This document shows positions 24,918 to 34,788 of a DNA stretch of 36,986 nt, one piece after another. Every line of letters begins with the position of its first letter. Within the stretch, counting starts at the first letter, position 1. A program made the position numbers and the translations under genes. The DNA comes from a virus (taxonomy: Duplodnaviria > Heunggongvirae > Uroviricota > Caudoviricetes), in IMG/VR virus record IMGVR_UViG_2671180460_000002; one strand, 5' to 3'. Below the pieces are notes generated by a model that was not told the DNA's origin, did not search any database, and saw only the letters and a program-made list of their open reading frames with translations.

Positions 24918-26331
24918 AATTCAGTTTGACACCATTTCGGGCGGCATCCGTAAGCCCGGTGTGCATTTTGAGTTCAATACCCGGCTGGCCGTTAACACGC
25001 TGCCGGGTAATGAACAGCGTGTTCTGGTGATTGGCCCGATGCTGTCAGGCGGCACCGCCACGCCCCTGAATGCCGTTTCCGTGTATTCCGAAGACGAAGC
25101 GGATGTGTATTTCGGGGCCGGTTCGCTGGCAGCTGCAATGGCGCGCGCGGCCATTAATGCCAACAGCTATCTGCAACTGGATGTTATCGGTATTGCAGAC
25201 AGTGGCGCAGGAAAGGCAGCAACCGGCGCGGTTACCGTCAGTGGTACAGCAATCAGCAGCGGCACACTGTCGGTATGGGTTGCCGGTGAGCAGGTCACGG
25301 TGGATGTGGAAACTGGTGATGAACCGTCGAAAATCATTCCGGCACTGGTGGAAGCAATGGCGCAGACGCCCTCGCTTCTGGTGACGGGGGAATACAAATC
25401 AGAAACCTCTCAGCTGACGGTGACCACCCGGACCAAAGGTGCCTGGGGGAATGATATCACCCTGTCAGCGTCCACCACGGCAGGTGGTCTGACCGTGAGC
25501 GCCACGCCGATGGCGAACGGCGAAATGGACCCGGATATTCAGCCCGCACTGGATGCGGTCTTTGCCGCCGGTCACAACATTCTGATTTGTCCGTTCAGTA
25601 CCACGCCAGCCCTTGCCGCCCTGAAGCAGCATCTGGAGAAAACCGGGAACGCGATGGAACAGCGCGGCGCGATTGGCTGTGCAGGCTGGACGGGCAGTCT
25701 CGGAAACGGGATCACCCTGGCAGCCGGTGTGAACAGTGGGCGCGTGTCCGTCCCCTGGTATCGCGGCTCCGTGAAGCTGCCAGCGGTGCTGGCTGCCATC
25801 TACGGCGCTGTGATGGCGGGCGAGGAAGACCCGGCGCGTCCGCTGAACTCGCTGGCGCTGTCCGGGCTGGATGTGGTCGCCATGTCACAGCGTGAAAGCC
25901 GTAACGAGCAGGAAAACGCCCTGCATAACGGCCTCACTCCGGTTGAGGTTGGTCCGGGTAACACGGTGCAGATTGTGCGTGCGGTCAGTACGTACACGGT
26001 TAACGCACAGGGCGTGACTGACGTCTCGTTACTGGATATCACGTCCATCAGAACGCTGGACTACACCCGCAAGGCGTGCCGCGAACGCATCAGCCTTCGC
26101 TTCCCGCGCGAAAAACTCAGCACCCGCACTATCGCAAAAGTGGAAAGCGAACTGTATGACGTGCTGATCAAGCTGGAGGAAGCGGAAATTCTGGAGAACG
26201 TGGAAGCGAACAAGGCAAAGCTGCGCGTTCAGCGAAACGGGAAAGATGCAAACCGTCTCGACTGCGTGGTTCCGGCGGATGTGGTTAACGGCCTGCATGT
26301 GTTTGCCGGTCGCATCGACATGATTTTGTAA
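24910..26331 (+). CDS. tail sheath protein (Mu L-like)
   Basis: 473 aa, AGGTGG RBS, followed by the tube gene; typical myovirus sheath size and position. Confidence 0.9.
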   Translation: MSEIQFDTISGGIRKPGVHFEFNTRLAVNTLPGNEQRVLVIGPMLSGGTATPLNAVSVYSEDEADVYFGAGSLAAAMARAAINANSYLQLDVIGIADSGAGKAATGAVTVSGTAISSGTLSVWVAGEQVTVDVETGDEPSKIIPALVEAMAQTPSLLVTGEYKSETSQLTVTTRTKGAWGNDITLSASTTAGGLTVSATPMANGEMDPDIQPALDAVFAAGHNILICPFSTTPALAALKQHLEKTGNAMEQRGAIGCAGWTGSLGNGITLAAGVNSGRVSVPWYRGSVKLPAVLAAIYGAVMAGEEDPARPLNSLALSGLDVVAMSQRESRNEQENALHNGLTPVEVGPGNTVQIVRAVSTYTVNAQGVTDVSLLDITSIRTLDYTRKACRERISLRFPREKLSTRTIAKVESELYDVLIKLEEAEILENVEANKAKLRVQRNGKDANRLDCVVPADVVNGLHVFAGRIDMIL

Positions 26332-26343
26332 GGAGCGCGGTAA

Positions 26344-26718
26344 ATGTCTCTGCATGAATACATTGGCTCGATTGTGCTGGAGGTGGACAGCCAGGAAATC
26401 GAGATCACCGACCTTGATGTTCAGATCAACACCGGGCGAAAACTGGTCAAGACCATGAACAAAACCGGCAGGGCCAAAGGCTTTGCCCGGGGCATTGGCA
26501 CCTATGAACTGTCCGTTTCGGCGGTGATCCCTGATACCAACGAGCCGGACTGGGAAAACCTTGAAGGTGTGAAAATCTCGTTGTACCCGCCCAGTAAAAG
26601 CGGTAAACGCACCTCTTATCTGGACTGCTTCACAACCGAAGTGGGTGAGAAATACACCGTCGATAATGAAGCGAAAATTGATATCAAACTGGCTGCACTC
26701 AGGAAGGTGACAGGATGA
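26344..26718 (+). CDS. tail tube protein (Mu M-like)
   Basis: 124 aa immediately after sheath; AAGGAG RBS. Confidence 0.75.
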   Translation: MSLHEYIGSIVLEVDSQEIEITDLDVQINTGRKLVKTMNKTGRAKGFARGIGTYELSVSAVIPDTNEPDWENLEGVKISLYPPSKSGKRTSYLDCFTTEVGEKYTVDNEAKIDIKLAALRKVTG

Positions 26719-27098
26719 CGATGATTAATACACAGACCGGCGAACTGTCTGATGGCGTGGTGTTTAACGGCACCGTTCATAAAAACTTTGAGCTGCGTCT
26801 GCCGGTCATGCGTGATAACGGACAGGCACTGGAAGAAACCGAAGAACGCTTTCAGACGGTGGATGGCTTCGCGGCGGATTATTACTACCGCTGTGCGGTG
26901 ATGGCGGCAACGCTGGTCCGTCTGGGGGATATTCCGCAGGAAGAACTGACGGCGGAGCTGTTGCACGACAACATGACGCCGGACGATTTTAATATTCTGC
27001 TGGCATCACGCAACGTCCTGAAGGTAAAGCGGAGCGGCGGGAATCCCGGATCGCCGGACTCCGGCTCGCAGTCCTCATCCTCGGGCGCTACGGAATAA
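26715..27098 (+). CDS. tail assembly chaperone (upstream frame)
   Basis: Located between tube and tape measure; a -1 frame ORF overlaps its 3' end. Confidence 0.55.
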   Translation: MTMINTQTGELSDGVVFNGTVHKNFELRLPVMRDNGQALEETEERFQTVDGFAADYYYRCAVMAATLVRLGDIPQEELTAELLHDNMTPDDFNILLASRNVLKVKRSGGNPGSPDSGSQSSSSGATE

Positions 27099-27271
27099 CC
27101 GAAGAGCAAATCATGACCATGAGCCGTCCCGAGCTGGACGGCTGGCTTGCCGCCGTTGACAGGCTGAACGGCGGCGGCTCAGGAAGGAAGGACACTTCAC
27201 AGACCACCCGCCAGTCATTTAAATCCCTCAGAAAGAAACGCAGAAAAGGTAAGCAGAAAAATGGCCGGTAA
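26993..27271 (+). other. -1 frame extension ORF of the tail assembly chaperone (candidate programmed frameshift product)
   Basis: Frame -1 relative to 26715..27098 is open from 26993 to the TAA at 27269-27271 and overlaps the chaperone over 26993-27098; encodes a basic tail ...RKKRRKGKQKNGR. Confidence 0.4.
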
Positions 27272-29534
27272 TTTCAAAGTTGGCATGACCCTGACTGCGA
27301 AGGACGAAGCCTCGCAGGTTCTGGAAAAGGGACAAAAACAGGTTATCAAAGCCACCGAAGGTGTAACAAAGGCAACACGGAAGGCAGGCGCAGAGCAGAC
27401 GCGTACCGGGCAGGAAAGCGTTAACTGCACGAAAAAGGCGGCAAAAGAGATACAGCGTGCCGCCCGTGCCCGGGAAACGCTCGGTATTCGTGCAGAGCGT
27501 GAGATCCGGCGTGAAATTTATCAGACGGTTGCCAGTTATAACCGTCTGGCCCGCGCCGGTTTTGAATCTGCGCAGGAGCAGGAGCGCGCCATGCAGGCCA
27601 CCCGGGAAAAAGCCCGGGCACTCAAGCGCGAACTGGATGGCGTTACTCAGGCTCAGATGAAGATGGCGAAAACGCCTGTTATCCCGGAGCCAGGGCGTTT
27701 TGCGCGTGCGGCTGCATTTGGCGGGAATGCCGTGACAATAGGCGGTGGTATTGCAGCAGGTGCTGCCATTATGGCGCAGCCGGTCAAAAAGCAGATGAGC
27801 TACGAACGCCAGCTGGCAATGATGGCCAATACCGCCTTCAGTGATGGCGGGCTGGAGGGGCGCAGGGCTGGTCTTGAGCAGATGAAAAGCAGCATCCGTA
27901 ACGCGGTGACCTATGGCGGCGGTACGAAAGAAGACGCAGCCGAAACGCTGGATGCCCTGCTGAAAGATGGCGGTATTTCATTTGAAACAGCCAGTAAGTG
28001 GCTGCCTGAACTGATGAAATACGCCACGGCTTCAGGCGCATCAGCGACAGACCTGGCTAATGTGATGCTTAAGGGTAAAAAGACCTTTGGATTCAGGGAT
28101 GAAGATATTTCCACCGTTCTGAATATGGCAATTGCAGCGGGCAAAGAAGGCAGCTTTGAACTGAGCGACATGGCCCGCTGGTTATCTTCGCAACTGGGGT
28201 CAGCGTCAGCTGCGGGGATGAGAGGCAAGGATGATTTTGTCAAGATTCTGGCGCTGAATGAAGCTGCCGCCATCACGGCGGGAAGCAGTGATGAGGCCGG
28301 AAATAACGTGTTTAACCTGCTGGCTAAACTGACCAGCCACGATATTGAAACAGCGGCAAAGCGCATTGATTACAACGGTAAAGGAATTGATTTTTCCGGC
28401 ACGCTGGTTCAGGCGCGCGAACATGGGCTTGATCCGATAGATGCGCTGTCCAGCCTGATAGACAAAATCGTTGCCAGCGATAAACGCTTTCAGGAGTTGC
28501 AAAAGAAACTGGCCTCCGCCCGGGATAAAGGTGAGCAGACGGCTGTTTACGATTCGATGGCAAAACTCCTTGAAGGCTTTGGTGTCGGGAAACTGGTTGC
28601 AGACCAACAGGCGTTAAAAGCGTTGCTGGCTTACCGTAACAACCCTGAATACCGGAAAAAGGTTGAAGACGCGATTAATCAGCAGCGCACCCTGCCGGAA
28701 GGCCAGCGCGCGGGTGATGTGGATTTTAACTTCATATCCGGCCTCAATGACTTTAAAACCGAACAGGCTAAAAACACGCTTGAATTTTCACAAATGGACA
28801 GCGTGAAAAAGCTGGCGGATGCATCCGGTACTGTGGCTGATGCCATAAGCTGGGCGGGTGAAAAGTTTCCGGGACTGACCACGGCAGTGGTGGGTGCCAC
28901 GACCGCCATTGAAGCGATGACCGCAGCGGCCCTGACATGGGCCGGGATCAAAATCCTGACCGGGGGTAAACCCGATGGCAAGGCTGGCGAGGTTGTCGGT
29001 GATGTCATTGAAAACACGGTCAAAAAAGGCAAAGGATTTAAATTCCCCGGCATTGCCGGTAGCCTGCTTTCTTTCGGTGGCACCGTTACGGCACTGGCCA
29101 CCGCAACCAGCCCGGAAGAAGACGCCGCCGTCGAAGGAAGCGAAGAACGCTGGAAGCGCATCCGTGCCCGATACCCCCAGGAAATCATCGACGCTGCCCG
29201 TAAAAAATACCAGCCGTGGTGGCAGTTTGGGGAAGGCTACTCCACCGAAAACGAAGAGTGGTTGAGGCGCTGGGAGGAAGACAGGAAAAAAGCCGCAGCT
29301 GATGCCCTGCCATCACCGGCACAGGTCAACAAAGCCGCCGGAAACACAACGCCTGAATCAGCATCAAAGCAAGCCGGACGCATCACCCAGCCGGAATACC
29401 TCACGCACTGGGTACCACCTGCCAGCCCCATTAATTTCACCACACAACTGGTGCTCGATGGTCAGGTTGTGGCGGAAGCAGTGAACAAATACAACCTTCA
29501 GGACGGTAACAGAGGCACGGGAGGAACTTACTGA
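27261..29534 (+). CDS. tail tape measure protein
   Basis: 757 aa, Ala/Gly-rich with coiled-coil and hydrophobic segments; follows the chaperone pair. Confidence 0.85.
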   Translation: MAGNFKVGMTLTAKDEASQVLEKGQKQVIKATEGVTKATRKAGAEQTRTGQESVNCTKKAAKEIQRAARARETLGIRAEREIRREIYQTVASYNRLARAGFESAQEQERAMQATREKARALKRELDGVTQAQMKMAKTPVIPEPGRFARAAAFGGNAVTIGGGIAAGAAIMAQPVKKQMSYERQLAMMANTAFSDGGLEGRRAGLEQMKSSIRNAVTYGGGTKEDAAETLDALLKDGGISFETASKWLPELMKYATASGASATDLANVMLKGKKTFGFRDEDISTVLNMAIAAGKEGSFELSDMARWLSSQLGSASAAGMRGKDDFVKILALNEAAAITAGSSDEAGNNVFNLLAKLTSHDIETAAKRIDYNGKGIDFSGTLVQAREHGLDPIDALSSLIDKIVASDKRFQELQKKLASARDKGEQTAVYDSMAKLLEGFGVGKLVADQQALKALLAYRNNPEYRKKVEDAINQQRTLPEGQRAGDVDFNFISGLNDFKTEQAKNTLEFSQMDSVKKLADASGTVADAISWAGEKFPGLTTAVVGATTAIEAMTAAALTWAGIKILTGGKPDGKAGEVVGDVIENTVKKGKGFKFPGIAGSLLSFGGTVTALATATSPEEDAAVEGSEERWKRIRARYPQEIIDAARKKYQPWWQFGEGYSTENEEWLRRWEEDRKKAAADALPSPAQVNKAAGNTTPESASKQAGRITQPEYLTHWVPPASPINFTTQLVLDGQVVAEAVNKYNLQDGNRGTGGTY

Positions 29535-30883
29535 TGGGCTGGGCTGAAAACCTGCAAAACGCTTCCTTTCGTGGCGTGCAGTTTGATGTACTGAACACGG
29601 ATGAACAAATCAGCCGCGACCATACGGTCTATGAATACCCGTTTGTTGACGGGGCGGATTTGCACGACCTCGGACGCAAGGCGCGACCGTTCCGCATGAC
29701 GGCGTTCCTGTGGGGGGAGTTTTACGAATATAAACTTGAAAAGCTGATCGCCGCCCTGGATAAAGGCGGCGATGGTGAGCTGATTCACCCGGTTTACGGC
29801 TCCGTACCGTCGGTGATTGTGACCGGCTACAGCATTCGCCATGACGCAGAAAGCCCGGACAGCTGCACCATCGACATGAGTTTTCTGGAGAACCGCACCG
29901 GCAGCGCGTTGTTCAGCACCCCGTTACCGGAGCTGTTTGCACAGCAGTTATTTGAAGAACTGGATAAGTTACTGGAACAGTTAAGCGAATTATTTGACGC
30001 TGTTACGGCCCCTTTAAAGACCATTAACAGCGTGATTAAAAAAATCCAGACGGTGCGTGCCACGCTGGTGAATACCCTGCTGACGTTCAAAAGCGATTTT
30101 CTCTCATCCATCGACAATATGATGTCACTGGCCAGCGAACCCGGAAAGTTCATCGGCGGGCTGGCAGAGGTGCTGGAAATCCACACGTCAGATGTCGGGC
30201 ACGCGGTGCCGGTGCTGGAGCGTACTGATTCCGCCACCACGACCGGACTGACCGGAGAAGACAGCGTCGCCAGTTCTGCGACCGTGATGACCTGCTGGAA
30301 TGAGGTGATGGCAGATATGGATGAGCTGGTCGCGCTGCCGGTCGCACTGGTCAGCGGTGATAAAACGCCGTCTGTGGCACTTCCGCCGGATGCGTCCGTG
30401 GAAGACGTGCAGGACGTGAAAGCGGCTTATGCGGTTCTGGCAGCCTCAGAGCTGGCCAGCGTGGCGACGGCGATACTGTCAGATGAGGCCCAGTCAGAGC
30501 AGCTTATACCGGCGGATATCGGGCGACTGGTCGGGGATGTGCGCACCCGCTTACAGGCCGCCATTACGCTGTTCCGTGAACGCTATGAAGGCGAACGCGA
30601 ACGGATAACCGAAACCGCATCACCACTGGGGCTGATGTACCCGGAAATCATTCAGAGCATGAAGAACGTGGCGGCATCCGTGCAGGATGTCGGCCTGCTG
30701 GTTCTGTCACGCCGCCCACCGCTGACGCAGAAACAGGTGCAGGCGGACAGCTGTCTGCTGTTGCTGGCGTGGCAGTGGTACGGCGACTACAGCCGTGCGG
30801 CAGAGCTGCAACGTCTGAACCCGCAGCTGCGTGACCCGAACAACATAACCGCCGGGATGGTGATTAATGCCTATGCAAAATAA
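29534..30883 (+). CDS. Mu gp43/N-like protein (DNA circularisation protein family)
   Basis: N-terminus MGWAENLQNASFRGVQFDV matches the DNA_circ_N-type start; GGAGG RBS; follows tape measure. Confidence 0.75.
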   Translation: MGWAENLQNASFRGVQFDVLNTDEQISRDHTVYEYPFVDGADLHDLGRKARPFRMTAFLWGEFYEYKLEKLIAALDKGGDGELIHPVYGSVPSVIVTGYSIRHDAESPDSCTIDMSFLENRTGSALFSTPLPELFAQQLFEELDKLLEQLSELFDAVTAPLKTINSVIKKIQTVRATLVNTLLTFKSDFLSSIDNMMSLASEPGKFIGGLAEVLEIHTSDVGHAVPVLERTDSATTTGLTGEDSVASSATVMTCWNEVMADMDELVALPVALVSGDKTPSVALPPDASVEDVQDVKAAYAVLAASELASVATAILSDEAQSEQLIPADIGRLVGDVRTRLQAAITLFRERYEGERERITETASPLGLMYPEIIQSMKNVAASVQDVGLLVLSRRPPLTQKQVQADSCLLLLAWQWYGDYSRAAELQRLNPQLRDPNNITAGMVINAYAK

Positions 30884-32078
30884 CGACGACAAAATCAGCC
30901 TGGTCATTGCCGGAAGGTCGCATTCTGACTGGAGCAGTTATCGTATTGACAGTGATTTCCTGAAAGCCGCCGACGGCTGGCAGCTTCAGCTGGGACTGCC
31001 TGAAAAGGTGTTCCCGGCGGATATCGTCCGGGGTGCGCCGGTCCGTTTGCAGGTGGGAGACGAGACGGTGCTCAGTGGGCGCGTGGACAGCGTGCGCCGC
31101 AGTGTATCCCGTCAGAGCTGCACGCTGACCCTGTCCGGGCGTGATGATGCCGCCATTCTGGTGGACTGTGCCGCGCCGGTATTCAGCGCCAACCAGCTGA
31201 CGCTGGACGAGGTCATCGACAGGATAGTCAGACCGCTGGGGATACAGCGCATCCGTATTCAGGCGTCCGGTGTGTCACGTAATGACAAGGTCGTTATAGA
31301 GCCGGGGATGCGTGCGTGGGATGCACTGGCCAAAGCTGCCGCCGGTCGCGGCTTATGGCCGTGGTTTGAGCCTGACGGGACGCTGGTTGTGGGTGGTCCT
31401 GACTACACCACCACGCCGGTGGACACGCTGCTTCTGACGCTGGACGGTACCGGGAACAACGTGATGGAGCTGGACGATACCCGGTCCATTAACGGCTGCT
31501 TCTCCGAACTGACGGTTCTGGCCCAGAGCCACGCCCGCCGCGCAGACAGCAAGAAACAGGTAGCCGTGGTGCCACTGGACATCTGGAACGAGGACGGCAG
31601 CGTGCGCACATTATCCGGGCAGGACAGCGGTAATACGGATAATGGCCAGACAGGCATTCACAACATGAAAGCCGTGGCCACCGACCCCACCGTGGATTAT
31701 TACCGCCCGCAGATAATCACCCAGGGCGACACCAGCAACATGGAGCAGGTGAACTGGCGCGCAAAAAAAATGATGAGTGATGCCCGTCTGTCGGGGCTGG
31801 ATATCGTCGCACTGGTTGCAGGCCATCGCACGGCGGACGGTGTCCTGTGGCAGCCCGGCCAGCGTGTGCGGATTGTCAGCGAACTCCACGGCATCGACGC
31901 CATCTTTTTCCTGATGGGGCGTGAGTTCAGCAGAGGCCGGAACGGGCAGACAACCCGGCTCCGCTTTAAGGAGGATGGCGTGTGGATACCTGATGCCTTC
32001 CCGCGCGAGAAGAAACGCCATCATCGCAGGGGCAAAAAGAAAAAAGAGGTCGCCATTGTTAAGGTCTGGGAGAAATGA
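30867..32078 (+). CDS. baseplate hub protein (Mu gp44/P-like)
   Basis: 403 aa in Mu synteny after gp43-like; overlaps the upstream gene end. Confidence 0.75.
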   Translation: MPMQNNDDKISLVIAGRSHSDWSSYRIDSDFLKAADGWQLQLGLPEKVFPADIVRGAPVRLQVGDETVLSGRVDSVRRSVSRQSCTLTLSGRDDAAILVDCAAPVFSANQLTLDEVIDRIVRPLGIQRIRIQASGVSRNDKVVIEPGMRAWDALAKAAAGRGLWPWFEPDGTLVVGGPDYTTTPVDTLLLTLDGTGNNVMELDDTRSINGCFSELTVLAQSHARRADSKKQVAVVPLDIWNEDGSVRTLSGQDSGNTDNGQTGIHNMKAVATDPTVDYYRPQIITQGDTSNMEQVNWRAKKMMSDARLSGLDIVALVAGHRTADGVLWQPGQRVRIVSELHGIDAIFFLMGREFSRGRNGQTTRLRFKEDGVWIPDAFPREKKRHHRRGKKKKEVAIVKVWEK

Positions 32079-32728
32079 TGTGGGACAAGGTTAATCAGCG
32101 CGTACAGCAGGCGCTGTCCGCCGTTCGCCAGGCATTCAGGGTGGTGACCGGTACGGTGGACAGTTCGACCAAAGTACAGCTTCTCCAGCTAAACGGGCTG
32201 GCAGGCGAACAGCTGGACGGTGCGGAGTATTTTCAGCATTACGGCCTCACCACATCCCCGCCGCCCGGCTCAATGGGTATTGCCGTTCCGCTGAACGGTA
32301 ATACCTCCCATACGGTTGTGGTCGCCACAGAGCACGGCGCATATCGCCTGACGGAACTGAAACCCGGGGAAGTGGCCCTGTATACCGACGAAGGCGCGAA
32401 AATCGTACTGAAGCGCGGGCGGATTGTTGAAACCGAATGTGACGTTTACCGGGTGAAATGCAAACGCTATGAGGTTGAGGCAGAGGAGAACGCCGCATTC
32501 ACGACACCGTTACTGACAGCCAGCGACAGGCTGATGGTGGAAGGCAAAATCACCGGCAACGGTGGCATGGCCATCAGCGGAGGTAAGAAATATGCCGCCA
32601 CCTTTGAAGGCAACATCAACCATGTGGGTGGTGTGATTACCTCCGTTGACGTCACCATTAATGGCGTTAAAATCGGAACGCACAAACACCCGACCCCACA
32701 CGGCATGTCTGACACGCCGGTTAATTAA
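32075..32728 (+). CDS. baseplate central spike protein (Mu gp45-like, gpV-type)
   Basis: 217 aa; C-terminal GTHKHPTPHG resembles the His-containing apex motif of spike proteins. Confidence 0.7.
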   Translation: MMWDKVNQRVQQALSAVRQAFRVVTGTVDSSTKVQLLQLNGLAGEQLDGAEYFQHYGLTTSPPPGSMGIAVPLNGNTSHTVVVATEHGAYRLTELKPGEVALYTDEGAKIVLKRGRIVETECDVYRVKCKRYEVEAEENAAFTTPLLTASDRLMVEGKITGNGGMAISGGKKYAATFEGNINHVGGVITSVDVTINGVKIGTHKHPTPHGMSDTPVN

Positions 32729-32741
32729 GTGCTGAACACCC
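32729..32741 (+). promoter_or_regulatory. late-promoter dyad motif copy 3 (GTGCTGAACACCC)
   Basis: Third copy of the motif, beginning 1 nt after the gp45-like stop and 53 nt before the gp46-like ATG. Confidence 0.45.
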
Positions 32742-32781
32742 TCACCTGATTCTGACCTGTCCATGCTGCCAGACTGGCGGC

Positions 32782-33132
32782 ATGGACCAGACGATTTCAC
32801 CTGCAACCGGCGACTACGAACGCCGCCGGATTTATACACTTCATAACGCGGTTTATCTGCGACTGGCGACACCGCTTGGCAGTTACTGGGCGGATGCGTC
32901 GCTGGGGTCACGCCTGCACGAACTGAAGCGGGAAAAAGACGTTTCCCGTGTTCACCGGCTGGCGGCGCAGTATGCCAGCCAGGCACTTCAGCCCCTGCTT
33001 GATGACGGGCGGGCGACAGCAATTACCGTTGACACGAAAGCGGGCCAGCGCGGCTGGCTGTTGCTGTTAATCACCGTCACGGATAACGCGGGCACACCGC
33101 AGACGTTTGAACACCCTGTGAGGATTATGTAA
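32782..33132 (+). CDS. baseplate protein (Mu gp46-like)
   Basis: 116 aa directly upstream of the baseplate-J-like gene, as Mu gp46. Confidence 0.65.
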   Translation: MDQTISPATGDYERRRIYTLHNAVYLRLATPLGSYWADASLGSRLHELKREKDVSRVHRLAAQYASQALQPLLDDGRATAITVDTKAGQRGWLLLLITVTDNAGTPQTFEHPVRIM

Positions 33133-34211
33133 TGCCGTTTTCTGTTCCGGGCGTTGCTGAAAACACAGAACGCCAGCTACGTGATATCGCTAACGCCCTG
33201 CCGGGAGAAACCATCGACACCGGCGCTGACAGCGATTACCGCATTCGTGCAAATGCCGTATCCGGCGTGGCGGACGGACTTTATATGCATCAGGGATGGA
33301 TCCTCCGTCAGGTGTTTCCTGACACGGCAGCCCCTGAATATCTGGAGCTGCACTGTCGCACGCGCAATGTTTTTCGTAAAAAAGCAACGGCCTCATCCGG
33401 TCCGGTGGTGATTACCGGCACACCCGGTAAGACGCTGCCAGCCGGTGCGGAAATTCGTGGTGAAGGTGTCAGCGTGGCCACCACAGCAGACTGCACCATC
33501 GGTGATAAAGGCAGCGCAGAGGTGACGGTAAAAAGCACCGCCACGGGTGCACAGACGAATGCATCCACGACGCAGACGGCAACGCTGGTCAGCCCACCTG
33601 AAGGCATCAACAGCACGGTGACGATTAAATCCCTGACCGGAGGAACGGACAGGGAAAGCGACGCCGACCTGCTGGCGCGTTATCTGGATATTCTGCGCAG
33701 GCCGCCCGCTGGCGGTAATAAATATGATTACAAACGCTGGGCGCTGGAAGTGGATGGCGTTACGTCTGCGTATGTGGAGCCGTTGCGTCGTGGACTGGGG
33801 ACGGTTGATGTGGCCATTACGTCAGCCAATGACCTCCCTTCGCAGGAACTGATTAATGCCGTGCTGGCACATATTGAGGAAGTCCGCCCGGTCACAGCAA
33901 AGGACACGATGGTACTAGCCCCGACGAAAAAAGCCGTTGATTTCGTTGTCCGGGTAAAAACCAGCGGCCTGACCGTTGAGCAGATAAAACCGCAGATAAC
34001 TGACGTTATCACGGATTTTATGAACCGGCTGGAGCCGGGGCAGGAATTAATAATTTCACAACTGGAAACCCAGATTTCATTAATTTCCGGTGTCAGTGAC
34101 CGGCGAATCATTACGCCAGCAGACAACGTAAAAGCCATTATTAACGCGTCAACGTGGGAATGGCTGCGCCCGGGAAATATTGATATTCAGTCTTTTCCAC
34201 GTGAGGGGTGA
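33132..34211 (+). CDS. baseplate J-like protein (Mu gp47-like)
   Basis: 359 aa; start overlaps the upstream stop; size and position of Baseplate_J family proteins. Confidence 0.8.
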   Translation: MPFSVPGVAENTERQLRDIANALPGETIDTGADSDYRIRANAVSGVADGLYMHQGWILRQVFPDTAAPEYLELHCRTRNVFRKKATASSGPVVITGTPGKTLPAGAEIRGEGVSVATTADCTIGDKGSAEVTVKSTATGAQTNASTTQTATLVSPPEGINSTVTIKSLTGGTDRESDADLLARYLDILRRPPAGGNKYDYKRWALEVDGVTSAYVEPLRRGLGTVDVAITSANDLPSQELINAVLAHIEEVRPVTAKDTMVLAPTKKAVDFVVRVKTSGLTVEQIKPQITDVITDFMNRLEPGQELIISQLETQISLISGVSDRRIITPADNVKAIINASTWEWLRPGNIDIQSFPREG

Positions 34212-34215
34212 TTTT

Positions 34216-34788
34216 ATGAATATGGTCGATTTATTTCGCGCCATGCTGCCACCTGTCAGTTATGACCTGAACGGGAAATATATTTCCGCAGAACTGACAG
34301 CCGAGGCTGACGTCATGGAGGCCGTGAAGGCCTCAGCGGCGCGCGTTCTGGCACAAATCACCCCGTTGCAGGCATCGATGACGCTGTCCGACTGGGAGCG
34401 CGTGTACGGTGTTGTCCCCCGTGAAGGGGCAATACAACAGGAGCGGCGGCAGAACATTCTGGTAAAAATGGCAGCCACGGGCGGGCTGTCAATCCCTTAC
34501 TTTAAGAGCCTTGCCGCCAGTCTGGGCTATACCATCACCATTACGGAGCCGCGACCGTTCCGGGTGGGGATAAACCGCTGCGGCGACCGTCTGCTGATAC
34601 CGGAAATCCGCTGGGTGTGGCAGGTCAACGTTATCGGGACAAAAACACCTGTCTACCGGTTCAGAACGGGCGCATCGGCAACCGGCGAACCGCTGACGGC
34701 CTTTGGTGAATCCATTTTAGAAAACACGTTTAAAGACTTTAAACCGGCTTTTACGGACTGTTATTTCACGTATGAGGTGGAGGAATAA
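34216..34788 (+). CDS. tail protein (Mu gp48-like, DUF2313-type)
   Basis: ATG at 34216 after GAGGGG; about 190 aa between baseplate J and the tail fibre. Confidence 0.65.
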   Translation: MNMVDLFRAMLPPVSYDLNGKYISAELTAEADVMEAVKASAARVLAQITPLQASMTLSDWERVYGVVPREGAIQQERRQNILVKMAATGGLSIPYFKSLAASLGYTITITEPRPFRVGINRCGDRLLIPEIRWVWQVNVIGTKTPVYRFRTGASATGEPLTAFGESILENTFKDFKPAFTDCYFTYEVEE

